Assembly (NCBI GenBank): GCA_965287045.1
Contig: OZ336882.1
Span: forward strand, 65,162,001-65,226,000
Source of the DNA: Carcharhinus amblyrhynchos
Taxonomy: Eukaryota
Direction of reading: 5' to 3'
Length of the DNA: 64,000 bases
Position 1 is the first letter of the stretch. The number at the start of each line of letters is the position of its first letter. Both the position numbers and the translations under genes were made by a program. Below are positions 38,886 through 52,774 of the stretch, in pieces. The notes under the pieces were generated by a model that was not told the DNA's origin, searched no databases, and was given only the letters and a program-made list of their open reading frames with translations.

Positions 38886-41800
38886 TAGTTGCTACAATGT
38901 CGAATGATACTCAAACCCGTACCATAAATTTACTGTCGTTTAAGTAGTGGACTTTTTTTAAAACAAGAAATGACACGATGTATATGAATCTTATTATCTT
39001 AAGAACGCGGTTTTTAAATCTAAATCATAGCGCTCTTCAGTGTCAGTGAATACAGATCTCACTTGTAAAATATCTCTTTATAACTGGATAATGATTTAAG
39101 ATTTAATAACATTTCAGGTTCATTGTAAATACAACAGGTAGCAATCTTCAACATGGTGCCACATTCTCCTTTTTGTCAATTCAGAGTTTGATACTAACAG
39201 CCCGAAAATCCTGACACCGTTCCTGCTTTCCCACTCATTAGAACTCTTAGCAGTTTCAAACCCAGGTGTCGAGTTTCTGTAGCCCGGCGTTTAACAGCCC
39301 CATCCTCGCTGCTTTACAGCCAGAACAGATGTCAAAATAACACCACTTCGGGAAGGATATAAGTTGCGGATGCCCCTCTTTCAGAATGTGTGTGTGTGTG
39401 TGTGTGTGCAAAATTCTATCCATCGCTTGCACCCTGATTTCAGGGCGAGTAGATGTTTTATTGTCACAAGTGGAGACTGGCGATGCTCAATGGAGCTGCG
39501 GGCAAAACTAGCAGGTCAGAGACCCAACCACCACCACCAACAACCCCCCCGTCCCCGTCCCCGCCCCCAGGAATCCCGATGTATCGAATATTAACACTTC
39601 GACCCGGGGGGTTTTGAAGGTGCAGAGAACAGATGCCAACTGCGAAAGCAAAACATCAATTTAACAGTGTATTTACCTTTAAAAGCTAAGCGAATGCAGG
39701 GTGAGGGGGGACCGGGTTAGATGGAAAGGTTTGGAGTTGGAGGGAATGGAACACTTACAGCTCACTGCTGGGAGCTGGTATGATCGTCTTATAGCAAGGG
39801 AGGTGGGCAGTTTTCCACGCTTTCTGGATTTAAGCAGGGGAGGGAGGCTTGGGGCTGGGGGGGACAACCTTCAGATAGCAGTGATATTCGTCCAGGGCAC
39901 CAGCGTTGCTGTTCTCGATTAATCGATGGCACGTTGGGATGAGAAAGGTTGAACAAAATAAAGAAAAGCAGCCCGAACACACTTTCAGTCAATATTTCGG
40001 CGAGAACCCTGAAATAGCGGAGCAGAATGGTGCTAAATTAAATGAGTGGAAATGCATGGACACTCTGGAGTGAACCTGGCGCCTCTTTAATAAATTGGGT
40101 GGACAGGTATTAGTAACTGAATGCACAGAGAGAAAAGTGTGAAAGTGCCCTTTACAACAACGGATAGACAGTGGGGGGAGAAGAGACGGCGTATATACTC
40201 CGGGGTGGGTTGTGTTCTTTTTTTGTTTTAGTTTAGTTATTAAAGATTTCTTATTGCAATCGATTGTAAACTGCGAAGTGTTACCGATATTTCCAGTTAG
40301 AGCGAAGTGTGGGAGAAATCGTCTCTATTTCAGATACTCTGAATGTTTGAAATATACTAACTAGCTTTTCTCTCCAGCACACGTGAGTGAGTGCAATAAA
40401 TCGAGTATTTGCCTTTTGTGACTGTCTTTTAAAACTAACAAATTGTCCCAATTACGTCCATTCTTTAAACGACAGTTGGTGTTGAAAAACATTGGAAAAA
40501 GTTAATGATTTCAACCTATCGATTAGGCGAAAGCGAGCCTTGCCGGGTATTAAATCCCTCCCAGGTAACAGTTACAGGCGTTTGGATGAATTGTAAACCC
40601 TCAGGTAGGTATGGAGAGTGAGGGGTTGGGGGGGGGGAGAGATTGAGGGGGGAGGGGGGCAGGGCAGTTAGGCCAGAATAAAGTTCAGAATCCCACACCC
40701 GGTGTTGCAATTGGTGAGGGGAAATTCGCTGGAAGTTCCGCCGGGCTGTGGGGTTCAGTCAGGATGGCATGAACTTATAAAAAAAAATCACCGGGACATG
40801 TCACCAATACGCTGATGCGCTGCAGTCTGCACAACGGGCAGGTCGAGCTGTACGGCTGGGCATCTTTACGAAGGAAATATGCCTTTTGGTGGATCGATTA
40901 AAGATGAAAAGCTTAGAAATCGTTGCTTAGTTCGGAATGGAGTTAATGATAAATGTCTAAATTCCATTCGATTTGACACCACAAGTCGGGGGGATGGAGG
41001 GGGGAGGTAGAAGGTTGGAGATGAATTCCAACTTAACTGGCAAAAAATATTGCCTTACAACCCACCGACAGCCTTTAGTCATAACTACAATATCTATGCT
41101 AGTCATTCAGAAAGATTGGGAGGACCGTACATCCCACTTATTCCCAGTGTTTTTTTTGTCCTTATTTCTCTTATTTTCCCCACTTTCAGTTCTTGGTGTC
41201 GGACGCGCCGTGTAACCTCACATCGTTACGGAGGGATTAGTTTCTCGAATAGCGCTTGCCTGGCAGTGTGTGAGGGCAGGAGGACAGAGACCTTGGGGCT
41301 TGGGGCTGTTCAATTATCTCTTCCCAAAGTCGGATTTCCTTTCAATCTTCGATTTGTTTCAAATTGAAGTGTAGATGGGCGCGGGGTCGTGAGACTTACT
41401 GTTATTACGATTGTAGAAAGCACGCGGGAATGCCCTGGGGTTTCTTGCGGTATACAAAATTGCGAATTTGAACTTTTTGTCAAACTGCCTTCATCTTCTA
41501 TTAAATCTTCTAACTGAGGCAATGTTGCTTAACAATAAGAAACTTGTCCAACCACAGCCTAGTTCTGATGGCAAATCTATTTGCATTGAAAGCATAATAT
41601 TTTCTACGAGACATGACATTTTTGTTGTTTTTTTTTAAGAATGGCTGGATTAAGATATCGGGAAACGGGAGTGAGAGAGTTTTGATGAGGAATGCATTCA
41701 GAGGTGGGATTAAAGATGATTTGGCGGAAACGGGGGAGAAGGAGAAAAGAGCAGAAAAGGAACCGGGAATTAGAGAATTGAAACTCAGACAGAAAGAGCG

Positions 41801-41886
41801 AAATAAGCCCACCAAAAGGTGGCCTGGAGAGTTAGAAATGGGGGAGAGCAAATTGTGTCAGGTTGGAGAGCATTCAGAACACAAGG

Positions 41887-41901
41887 GCACCATCTAGCGG
41901 C
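41887..41901. promoter_or_regulatory. CTCF-like binding motif
   Basis: GCACCATCTAGCGGC closely matches the CTCF core GCGCC(C/A)(C/T)CT(A/G)G(T/C)GGC. Confidence 0.55.
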
Positions 41902-42289
41902 GCAGAGCATGAGGTTTGCTCGCTGACCCAAACGCTGATATAATTCCAAAGTTCATGAGCTACCGTCTTCCTGTTCGCTCAGCAATGGTCGGGAATAAGG
42001 TTAAGTTTATAAACGATCGAGTGAAAAATTCACATGAAAAAGGAACGATGTGAAAAGAATGAAATATATAAATGACATCGCTTCGGAGACGGTGTCGATT
42101 CCTTCGCACGTTGTGTGAAGTCTTCTTTGGAACAATCGTGAAAAATCCAGCGTTTACAAACTCTTAATGGAATGCATCGTAAATTAATTTCGTGTGTATT
42201 GTATGAGCTTTTTTTAAAAAAAAGTTCAACAAAAAAGAAATAGAAATGAGAGAAAGCAGAAGGATTTACTGAAACAGGAGTGTGAGGTA

Positions 42290-43425
42290 AAGAAAGCAAA
42301 AAAAAGGTGTATAATATCGAACAGCCGATGTGGATTTCTAAGAGGAGAATTGTGCTTGAGCAACCTCAGTTATCTTTTTGAAGAGTTACAGAATGTAGAC
42401 AAGAATAATGCAGAAGATGTGATATATCTGGATTTCCAAAATACTTTCATTTAATGTACCACAAAATAGACAGACTGAATAAGGTGTGGACTCAAGGGGG
42501 CAAGGTTAGCCGGAGGACAGCAAGCAGTGAGTTGGCGAGGCGGGGGGGAGGGGTTAAAGAGTAGCTACTCAGAGTAACAGGGGTTAGGATAAGTGGGATC
42601 CCATGAGGATCAATGCTGAAACCACTGTTGTCCGCTATTTAAAATAACAATTTTAGACTTTTAAATATATATAACACACGGCACTGAGAAAGCCTGCCGC
42701 AAATTACAAGACAATTTCCGAATGGATATACAGTTGGCAGATACATTTTAATAAAGGTGTGTCCGGTATTAGATTTTGGTAAGAAAAATATGTTGCATGT
42801 TACTTGGAAAATAAAGGATCTAAACAAGGTGGAGGAGCAAAGAGAGTACAAATACACAAATCATCACAAGTTAATAAGGCAATAAAAGCAAACCAAGACT
42901 GGGGGTTATTTCTTGAGGGATAGAATTGAAAGTAGAGAAGTGATGCTTAATTTGTATTGAACCTTGGCAATATCATAATTGGAGTGCTGTGTCCAGTTCT
43001 AATCACCCCGCTATAATAGGGATATGGTGGCACATAGTGGGAGAGGAAGGGGGGAGGTTATATTTGATAATGCTAGTAACATAAAGCGACATCTGTCAAG
43101 GAAGGACGGACATGCTAGTCTCTTTCTCTCTTGGAGATAGTTCGAGTGTGCTTGCACTGTGGGGAAGTGTGAAACCAGATGCCAACATGATGGGATAGTC
43201 ACCAAGAAATCAAATTGGGAATTCAGAGGAAGGTTCTTTATCCGGGGAGTGTACAACATTCACAAGACGAGTCGTATAGGTGCTTGTTAGGGGAAGCTGT
43301 CCAAGGCTACGAGAGAATACAGGGTTATTCTGCTAGAATTTAATAAAGAATGAGAAGAAGCATAAACATGGGTTTGAAACGGTTGGGCCAAATGGCCTTT
43401 TTTGCGTCATTTCTTGCTGTGTAAT
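42290..43425 (+). mobile_element. Highly decayed CR1 LINE fragment
   Basis: Remnants of D.IYLDFQ (gatatatctggatttccaaaa), gggatcccatgaggatcaatgct (GVPQGS-like) and LE.CVQF (ttggagtgctgtgtccagttc), plus the CR1 3'UTR gggccaaatggcc. Confidence 0.7.
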
Positions 43426-45589
43426 CCTGTGACTAGGATATTTGTGTCAGGTACAAACGGATTTTAGAACACAACAGCTTAACTGGTCTCTGGCAGCGTA
43501 AAATTCACCTTCCCAAGTTCCCCTTTAAAAGGGTATCCAGAAAAAAAGTTCATACACAAACAGGGAGATTAATGTGAGAAAAATAAAACAATTTAAACCT
43601 CTTTTAATTATTTGTTGTCATTCGAAGTTCCAGAGGTACAAATTATTTTGCATGTGTGCATATACATTCGCACAGTTATGTATTCTAGTGTTTAGTATTA
43701 GTCTAGTATTAGTGCATGTGCACAGTTCTTATATCTTTAGTGCACATACACTAAAACTTAAAATAGAAACTGGAAATATAAAACAACCCAGCTATGGGGC
43801 TAAAATAATATTTGAATTCATATCGCTGGTGGGGACTGAGAAGTGGCAGGGGAATTAACTGCTTTAGTGGGACTAAAGAACGTGAAAGAATGGGGAACAG
43901 AACACAGAATAGTTAAGGAGCAAATATTCCGGTTCCTATCATCAGAAGCAGTTCTGGGGTTTAATGATGTATAAGGCCGTAAATGGATTGAAAAGCGATG
44001 GGTGATATTATAGCGTCATCTCAAGCCAGGTGGTAAAGTGGCATTAATAAATTTAGAGATTGAAAACGGGTCCAAGACAGAAAAGGAAGAACTGGGAATT
44101 CAATGAGAGGAATGGTTAAGAAAATAGGGAGCTGGTTGAGGCCGTAAATTGCTACAGTCAATATTAGGAACGGGGCAAAGAGGCACAGTAAGTGACAACG
44201 CCTTACGCTGATGATGACGTGCTTGTTTGGAACGGTATAGGAGGTAGGGGGCAAGAAGGCTGGATGGGGATTGAGAGGAGAAATGTTAAAAGAGACACCT
44301 GGAGGTCAGGATCACACCGTAGAGAAAATGGAGACGTCCAGCAAAGCGGTCATCCAAACTGCCCTTGATGTACGTGAAGTAAAGGGGCCAGTATGTATGT
44401 AAAACCATTAACGGCTTCTCAAAGCACTTCACAACCCGCTATAAGTTCCTTCCAAACAGGAAGATGACAACCCTCTGAGGAAGATATATTGGCACCTATT
44501 TGCTTGGAATCCGTGCCGATTGGGGTTTTTCACAGTAACGTCATTGTCGTGTTAATGTTAGCCTACGTGTGGCACTAGTAAATAATAAATAAAAACAAAA
44601 TAAGACTGGCAGAGTTTCTGGGCTGTGCATATACATATGTGGCCGTCTGGCTGGAGGTTGGTGAACATCCAGGTACACTGAGCCACACCGAATGGTGTGG
44701 TCACCTACACCGAGCTAATTAAATATTCCTTCAGTCTCACTTGTCCTCCCTCCTTCCCCACACACTAGCTTTCTCACTCACGTCAGTTACAGATATTAGG
44801 AAAAATGCTGGCTTGGCATGCTGTGGAAGAATGAAGCAGTGAACGGGTTAATTCAGATAGTATTTTGGGAAGAGGGTGGAGACGCAAAGTTTGCAGCACC
44901 GAGTGCTGAGCTGTAACTTCATTTCCGATCGACAAGGCTGGAGATAGATATCCTCCATTCCTGTATCAAGAGTGACATCAAGCGGCGGTGTCCGGACATT
45001 ACAGAACAGAGCGTGAACAAGGAAGGAAAATATGATTGATTAATGATTGAGATAGCTTGTGGGGCAAGATATCAGAGTGGAATCTGATAGATCCGCCTGG
45101 ATTAGCTATTTAACTAGCTTCCGCCTGATCCTTCCGTCTCTGTGAAGGTAGCGCCTCCTCTATTTACTAATGTCACTGAACTCTAGAATTACACTCCTCT
45201 GGGAACCCGAATCTTTCATTCCAAGCTGTTTTAGCAAGTCCTAAATTTCCTGCCCCTCCAGTGTCTGTATCAAACTCGACTCTACCCCATCTATGGCTCA
45301 ACCCCCAACACTTGATATGTATCAGTCATTTCCTTCAGAAAAGCCGTTTCAATTAAGTGTCAGTCAATAAATTCGATACCGATGTAAGTATTTGAAAACG
45401 CTTTCCTAAAAAACCAGAAGGGCGGGGCTGTGGGAGTGGGAGTGGGCGTGGGGTGGGGCGGGGAGTAACAAAACTTCCAGAAAAGGCGTTTCTTTAACCG
45501 GTCAGGTCATTTCAACTAGCCCTTGTAACTAAATTTCAGAATATTCTGCCTATCATTTTTAATGATCATTTTATGGTAAGGATCTATAA

Positions 45590-46720
45590 CACCCCCTACC
45601 AATATGCCCCCAACACTCCCCACCAAACTCCCCCCAAGATCTCCCACTAACCTGTTCCACCAACCCTCCCCTTACAAACCCACCCCACACCAATGTCCCC
45701 TCACAACCCCCCACTAACCACCCCATTCCCCTCCCCTAACATACCTCCACCAACCTCCTCACACCCCCACCAACCTCCCCACACCCCTCCCCCACACAGC
45801 CCACCAACCTCCCCCCACACATCCCCCACATACCCCACCAACCTCCCCAAAACCCCCACCAACCTAACCCCCACCTCCCCCCACACCCTCCTTCCAACCT
45901 CCACCCCACTTTCCCCACCAACCTCCCCCCACTTCACCCCACCCTCCCCCGCCACCGTTCTCCCTACCCTTCCCCCCACCCTCCCCCACCACCCTTTCCC
46001 CCACCAACCTCCTCCAACCCACCCCACACACCTCCACCTCCCCCCATCAATCTTCCCCCACTAACCTTCCCCCTCCCCCCACTAACCTTCCCCTTCCCCC
46101 TCCCCCTCCCCCACTAACCTTCCCCTTCCCCCTCCCCCATTAACCTTCCCCCAACATCCCCAAATCCCCGACCAACCTCCCCCCAACATCCCCACCTCCT
46201 CCCACCAATCTCTCTCCCACACGCATTCCCCAACCAACTTCCTCCTAACAGCCACCCCCACACCATCCTCCCTCCTGCGCCCCCCACACACACCCACACC
46301 CACCAACCTCCCCTCCCCACCGACCTCCCCCCCACGCCCACACGCCCTCCCAACGACATTCCCCCACGCCCCCCCCACCGACCTCCCCCCACGCCCACAC
46401 GCCCCCCCACCGACCTCCCCCCACGCCCACACGCCCCCCCACCAACCTCCCCACACGCCCACACGCCCCCCCACCAACCTCCCCACACGCCCCCCCCACC
46501 AAGCTCCCCCCACGCCCACATGCCCCCCCAACCTCCCTCCCCACCCCCACCCCACCAACCTCCCCACCACAATCTGCCCCCACACCACCCACCTCTGCCC
46601 ACATCCTTCCACACACCTCCCTCCACAGCCTCCCACCATCCCCCCATAACCTTTCCTCCCCCCCACCCCATCAACCAACCCTCCTCCCCACACCCCCTCA
46701 CCAACCAATCTCCAACAATC
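45590..46720 (+). repeat. C-rich low-complexity tract containing minisatellites
   Basis: About 1.1 kb of C-runs. A ~31-32-nt unit ccgacctccccccacgcccacacgccccccca repeats at ~46318-46530, and cccactaaccttcccc units occur at ~46057-46150. Confidence 0.95.
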
Positions 46721-49700
46721 TGAAATCCCGCCCACTGACCTTTGAACGAAATCGACATACAAACCAAAGGAATTTGCATGGATGGATGGACAGAGGGAGA
46801 AATCGAGGAGATTTTCAAGACTTCAGGACATTCCCAAGGGCTTTAGAGTTAACGAGGTATTCGCTGAAATGTGGGCACCTGTTGTAAGTGTATACAGCAA
46901 CTAATCTGTGCACAGCAGGCTCCCACAAATAGCGAGGAGATAATAACTCGATAATATTTCAGCGTGTTGCTTGCAGGGTGAATGTTAGTCAGGTCACCGG
47001 GAATAATTCCCTAGTAAAATTATTTTCTTTTTCAAGCCACTTCTGCCGGTTCCCAAAGTGGCTGGAGTCTTGCTGGAGTTTTGGTAACGCTCCACTATCA
47101 TCTCCAGTCGGTCATTTAGCCACATCCTCTGACCAGGAAAGAAAGGGCTTGCATTTATATAGCGCCTTTCAGAGAGATCAGCGCTTCAAAACCAATGGAT
47201 GACTGGCACCCATTGCCGTGATACCGGGGAAAAGGTGTGAACAGCCAGGAGCAACAATTGGCAAACATCAACCATCTGGTAAGTGAAAGAGAGTCTGTTT
47301 GGGGGAGCAGCATTGACCAAGGCATTAAAAACAAACACTCCTCCACTTCCAATAGTGCTGTGATATCTTCTACAAGATTCGGCCTGGGATACTAATGACG
47401 GCCAAAGACAGCACTGCCAGCAAGTTGCACCCTCGCTCCATATCACACAGAGGATGGTATCATCGCCCACCCCCAGAACCGTCACACCTCCAGCTCAAGC
47501 AGTGGTCACTGGAAAGGGGCCAGAACTCAGTACCAGAGGCCAACTGGATCACATCTACTGAGCATTGGTTACACAAACACAGACCATGATGGATATGGCT
47601 CTCTGTGAAACTGGACAGTTTATCTGCGGCGGAGCCACTGAAAATCCCAATTCTTTAGTGTGAATAGCACACTTGGAAATCGGAAGAGAAAATGCTGGGA
47701 AATACTCAGCAGGTCAGACAGTTACCAGAGTTAACTTTTATAGATAGGTTCGAAGCTTTACAAACGGCGTTGGCTTTTTGTTCGAGTGTCGTGCCGAGGC
47801 CGCCGTTGAGCCGAACATGAATAAATTAAACTCCTTTTTAAAGAGTGCACCTCTCGGTTTCATGTGGAAGGGAGCAGAGCAGAGTGAAACTTTCCTGTTG
47901 GGGACGACCAGGAACTAACTAACTAAAGCGAAAAATTCACTCAGGTCCTGTATGGATTCTTCTAAACCTGCCCCCCCCCCCCCCCCCCCCCGCCTCAGTA
48001 CATGGTCTGTCTCACGCCATTAAATAGCCTCCATGCAGCGAGAGTATTAATGTTAACTTTTTTCATATAAACTCGAGATTCGTCCCGATCAATCACTTCA
48101 TTCAGTCTGTCAAAGTCCCGATTGTGTCTTGAAGCATTCGCTCGGCATCAAATGAGAGGAAGCATCCTGCCGTGACCCCCTAATCCAGCCAAAGAAATCA
48201 TAGCTAAGACAGATGTCCCGAAGTCAGTGCGGAAGCTTATTTCTCCGACAAGATAATGGCAAACGGGGACAGCTCGGCACGAAAGATATCGAAGTTTCTT
48301 TATTGAACTTTATTTCAGAATCTAAGCCCTGCTTAGTAACGCAGTAACTAATTCTGCACTGATTGTATTGCAGTATTTGTGTAGTCTGGTGGTAATTTAG
48401 CAAGGACGCCACAGGCAGTGCCTGCTTGGTAAAGAGTAATGACCCGTGCGAAACAACTAGCCACATTCCCTTGCTCTGCACACGGTGACTCTGACCAGGT
48501 TCCCTCAGACCGAGTCCTGAATGGCACCTATCTCCTGTTTCCACTCACTGACTGTTATGAGTAGCCGTCACCTCCCCCCACCCACCACCAAACCATCCCT
48601 TCACTTCAACCCTGTTTAGCTTTGCAGCTTTTAAATCCACAACCCGCTTCAGGTTAAACTGAAAGTGAATTTCTGCAGCTTTCTGCTCAGGCGGGACTCT
48701 ACGATTTCAATCCGGAGGTTGCAATCCGGACACTTCAATGTTTGTAGCGACATTCTAGTCTCGAATCGTTCACATGTTTACATTTCTCAATTGTCAACTA
48801 TCATCCTATGTTAATACTCCCGATTGGATTTTAAAAAAGTGGCGGAGCATTTTCATTAAAAGCTTAGAGTTAACCTTGGCTTTTTGATCATTACCAAGTA
48901 GCAAAGGACTTATCTTCCCTTATATTCCCCCAAATACCGATACAACTTATTCCAAGGGACAGATACAAATTCGAATAGATAACTTTCTCCCCCACACTGA
49001 TGGTTATATCGTGCGGGGAAGCTTTTTCATTCCCTCCATCACTTCCCAGAAATAAACCACCAGGAGTTCCAATATTTTAGAATTCAAATCGAACCATCTG
49101 GCCTGTGATGGGATTCCAACCTGAAACCTTAAGAACATTGCTCTAGGTTTGTGCTTTACCAGGTTCAATGATTAGGCCACAGCAGCTGTGGTATTTACTG
49201 CTGGGTGAGAGTTCGAACTGATTGGAAATAGATTGTGTTGAGTGGATCAATACAAGGAGATTTCTCCCCAGCTCGATCCCGCGTAGCCACTTACAATAGC
49301 ACCCGCCTACAAGAAGCCGCTCCCCAAATTGTACCAGCTACCTGTATGAAACACACGTTTGCTTTCTTTTAAACAGAATTTCTGTTTTCTCACTTTCTAA
49401 ACAGAAATACTGTGCAGATTTTTTTTAAAATCAATATGGCCAGGCGTGTTATGTAATCTGTTAGGATTACAAACTGCCGCGTTTTATAAGTAATCAGATG
49501 TCACTTAGCTCTCTCACCATATTTACGCAGACATGGACTTGCTGGCAATGACCCTGTCTCGACATTAACCAAGTATCGACTTCACTGTTTTCTGGAGCAG
49601 AGTCACATTAAGCTGGAAACATTAACTCTGTTTTCCTCTCCTCAGACGCTGCCGAACCACCTGAGTTTTATTTTGCAGCCGTTTCTGGTTTTATTTCACT

Positions 49701-52700
49701 TGCTCCCAGAATATTTTTCACTTTGCATTTCTCGCCTATTTGATCAGTTTCAAATACGAGGACTTTTGAGGAGAAAACACAAAATAAAAGGAGCAAATAT
49801 TTCAGTTTCGAGTACATTTAGATGCTGGTTGGGGAGAGGGGTAGAATACCAATCCTGGAATGATGACCCTAGCCTGTGGCACTGTTTAAGGACCCCCCTC
49901 CCTTTCCCCTCTCCCACACACAGCTGAATGTCCAAGGCTACAATCCACGTTCCCCCGCTCCCCGGCTCCTCCTTGATAAAACACTGCACAAACCCAATCT
50001 TCCCTGAGCGATTGAATACAAAGTCACAGCCTGTCCAACACTGCCTTCCTCAGATTCTGCAACACAGCTCATTGGTGAGGGCGATGGGTTCAGAGTTTCT
50101 CTACACAGTTCTCCTGCTTAAAACACGCAGTGGCTTAATCCGTGGAATTTAAACTCGCCCAGCACTCTGCGTTTAGTTAATCATTTTCTCTCTCTTCCAA
50201 ACAATGGTAAACAAACGAAATGGAAACATTTTTCACCGATTTGTAAATGAACTCGGGCTAGCTTGTGATGCTCCTTTCTCCCTCTGTCGTTGAGGGATCT
50301 CTCTGGCTTGGGACCAGTCGATTTCAACGCACCTCCTTCCAGGGAGACAGGAGTCCGGCCTCTCAGTAACAACTCCCCAAGTGTGGCTGAAGACCACCAG
50401 CCCGGGCTGTGGACGGAATGCTCTGATCCGTTTTAAACCCCGTTCTCACGAACAGTAATTGGACCCTTGCAGTCTAACCCACTTTAAGCCCCACGGACAA
50501 AGAAAGGGTTCACTGAGCCGAAAACTCTTCCTAACTAAGAAACGAGAAGAGCACAGGCTACAATCATGTTTGCGCAACGATGTTAGCATTCACTTCAGAA
50601 ACCCGGTTCTGCAGTTGCGTTTTCTCTCTCATTGCCATACTCCTATCGTTGGGCACAATCTGAACTGTGACTGAGTTAGTTGAAATGATCGAGGAAGTTT
50701 AATGTCTTCTGACGTGGATTACTAGTTTCATGTGCAGTCTCACTCTCTCTCTCTCTCTTTAATTAGGGTGAAAAAGTAATTGCAATGTCAGTCTAAAGTC
50801 GGAAGGCAGGGCTTTTTTTTTAAAAAGAGACATATATTTCGTTCTGAGGCATGGCAAGGTTGGCAGGGGTTTAGTGTCTCTGTGAAGCACATTCTTTTAT
50901 TATTAAAGCGGTTTCCTGACCTGTATCATTCACTGGCGATAATGTCACAGTTAACTCAATGTGATAATTTATACCTAATTCATCCTCACTAGCCAGTAAC
51001 AAAAACTAGCTCACAGCATCCACAATATGGAACAGATGATGTGATGTGTACTCCCCCTGCAATAGCTTCAGCGTGCAGAGTTCTGATGCTCAATCATGTC
51101 CCATTCAAATCGAGCTTAGCAAAGGAAACCCAATGTTTAAAACTGAATTTCAACCGTAAGTGAGACAAATAGCATACTACTCTGCAAAAGATATAATGTT
51201 CTGCTTGCCACATCACAGGCATTGAACAGGGAGAACGAACTCAAACCCAATGTCAAGCACACGAGCCACGACTTAGAGAAGTCCATACCGAGTAGGAACC
51301 CTCAAGATCTTTAACAGTATTCCAAAATAAGTTCCTAGAAATTGTTTTCAAGAGCACAGAGAATGAATGAAGGGGCAATGGGACTTCGAAACTCAAGAGG
51401 GAGGAATGTAATTGGACAATTCAGTTCCAACGTTCGCCCAGGTATGGTGGTGAATGTTTGGAATGTTTTGGTCAGGGAAGCTCTTTGAGGTTAAATGATA
51501 GCGGTGATTTTAAGGAGTTGAACAATCTATCGAGAGATATAAATGATGAACGGTGCACTTTGTTTTTGACGCGCAGGAAAAGGCGAGCGGTTCAAAGTGA
51601 TTTTTTATCCCATGCTTGTACTTTCCGGCGTTGCTGTTTGGTGAGTTTCAAGAGCAATCAGTTCTATTATGTACACTACGAAAAAAGTTCCACTCATTCC
51701 AGTAAAATTTCCAATATTCCCAACTAGCCTGCACTCACTCCCATTGCTGATTAAAACACTCATTCTTATTCGACATGGGAAACCATTCCCACCTATTTGT
51801 GAATGTAGATCATTCTACATTAACGGAGAGCATTCATGCTGTACCAGGAACTGGAATACAGCTTTTAGAAGACCAACATTTTGTGTTCCACATTGAAACC
51901 TAATACAACCTGAAACCAATCCACTCCACAGCTAGTACAACTCTCACCAAAACTCGATAAAACCAGTATTGGCCTCATCCAGAATCTTTGAGGCGATGAC
52001 CACTTTGTGTGGTACAAGAACAGTGAATTTTGGGGACACGTCAAAGCTGTAAACTTCTATTTACCTTTTCTCATCTATGTGTAAATCAATGTCTCTTTCC
52101 TTAGAGTTAATACGGAACATCCAATTTCATGTCCCCCTTAAGCCAACCATTTTCCCAATCCCCGACGTTTAGGTGCCCAGCCAACTTTCAAATGAATATA
52201 TTCCATTTAGTCAGCATTCACCCATCACCCGAGTAACTGCTAACCTACACTGCTTAGTTAATTCCTTATCCCCCTCAAACACTTCCTTTCTGCGATTAGG
52301 AATCTTGCTTCTATTTCAAGTTCTTTCTTAAATTGTTAGCTAGCTGCTCTTAGATCGCAGCTACCATCCGTTTGTCCAACAGAAAGACTAGTGCTGTTTT
52401 CTTGTCACTCTCATAATCATACCAATGCCTAAAATAGAAATTCCCATTACAATCTTTCTAGCTACAAGGCATAAGACATGATACAGTTATGAATAATCGT
52501 GGCAATATAAAACTAATGAGTCAATGCGAGGAACGGAGGGGAACAAGATCTCCTAATTCAGTCACAGTAACTTAGTAATGCATTTAGAGGCATTACTTTA
52601 GATTTTTTAAAAACTCATGTATTCAAAGATGTTTGTTTTCTCGTCTGTTAGTTAAATGTGTCTAACTAAACCATCCAAGGTAAAATGTCCCAAGGTATTG

Positions 52701-52774
52701 TCCATATTAACAATTTAAATGAATGCAGCATTTTTTTCTTAGGAGGTCGTCCGTAGCACTCTTACCGATCGACC

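Noticed and set aside
38389-38947. Cys/Val- and His/Thr-rich ORFs
   Set aside because: Translations of a (CA/TA)n simple repeat.
41310-41522. 70-aa ORF as a coding alternative N-terminus
   Set aside because: It starts at TTG with an in-frame stop just upstream and has no ATG. Kept only as a possible non-coding first exon.
46300-46530. CRISPR-like array
   Set aside because: Head-to-tail tandem units without unique spacers, in a vertebrate context with no cas genes.
45693-46818. Long Gly/Trp/Val- or Pro/Thr/His-rich ORFs (up to 234 aa)
   Set aside because: Artefact of the C-rich tract and minisatellite.
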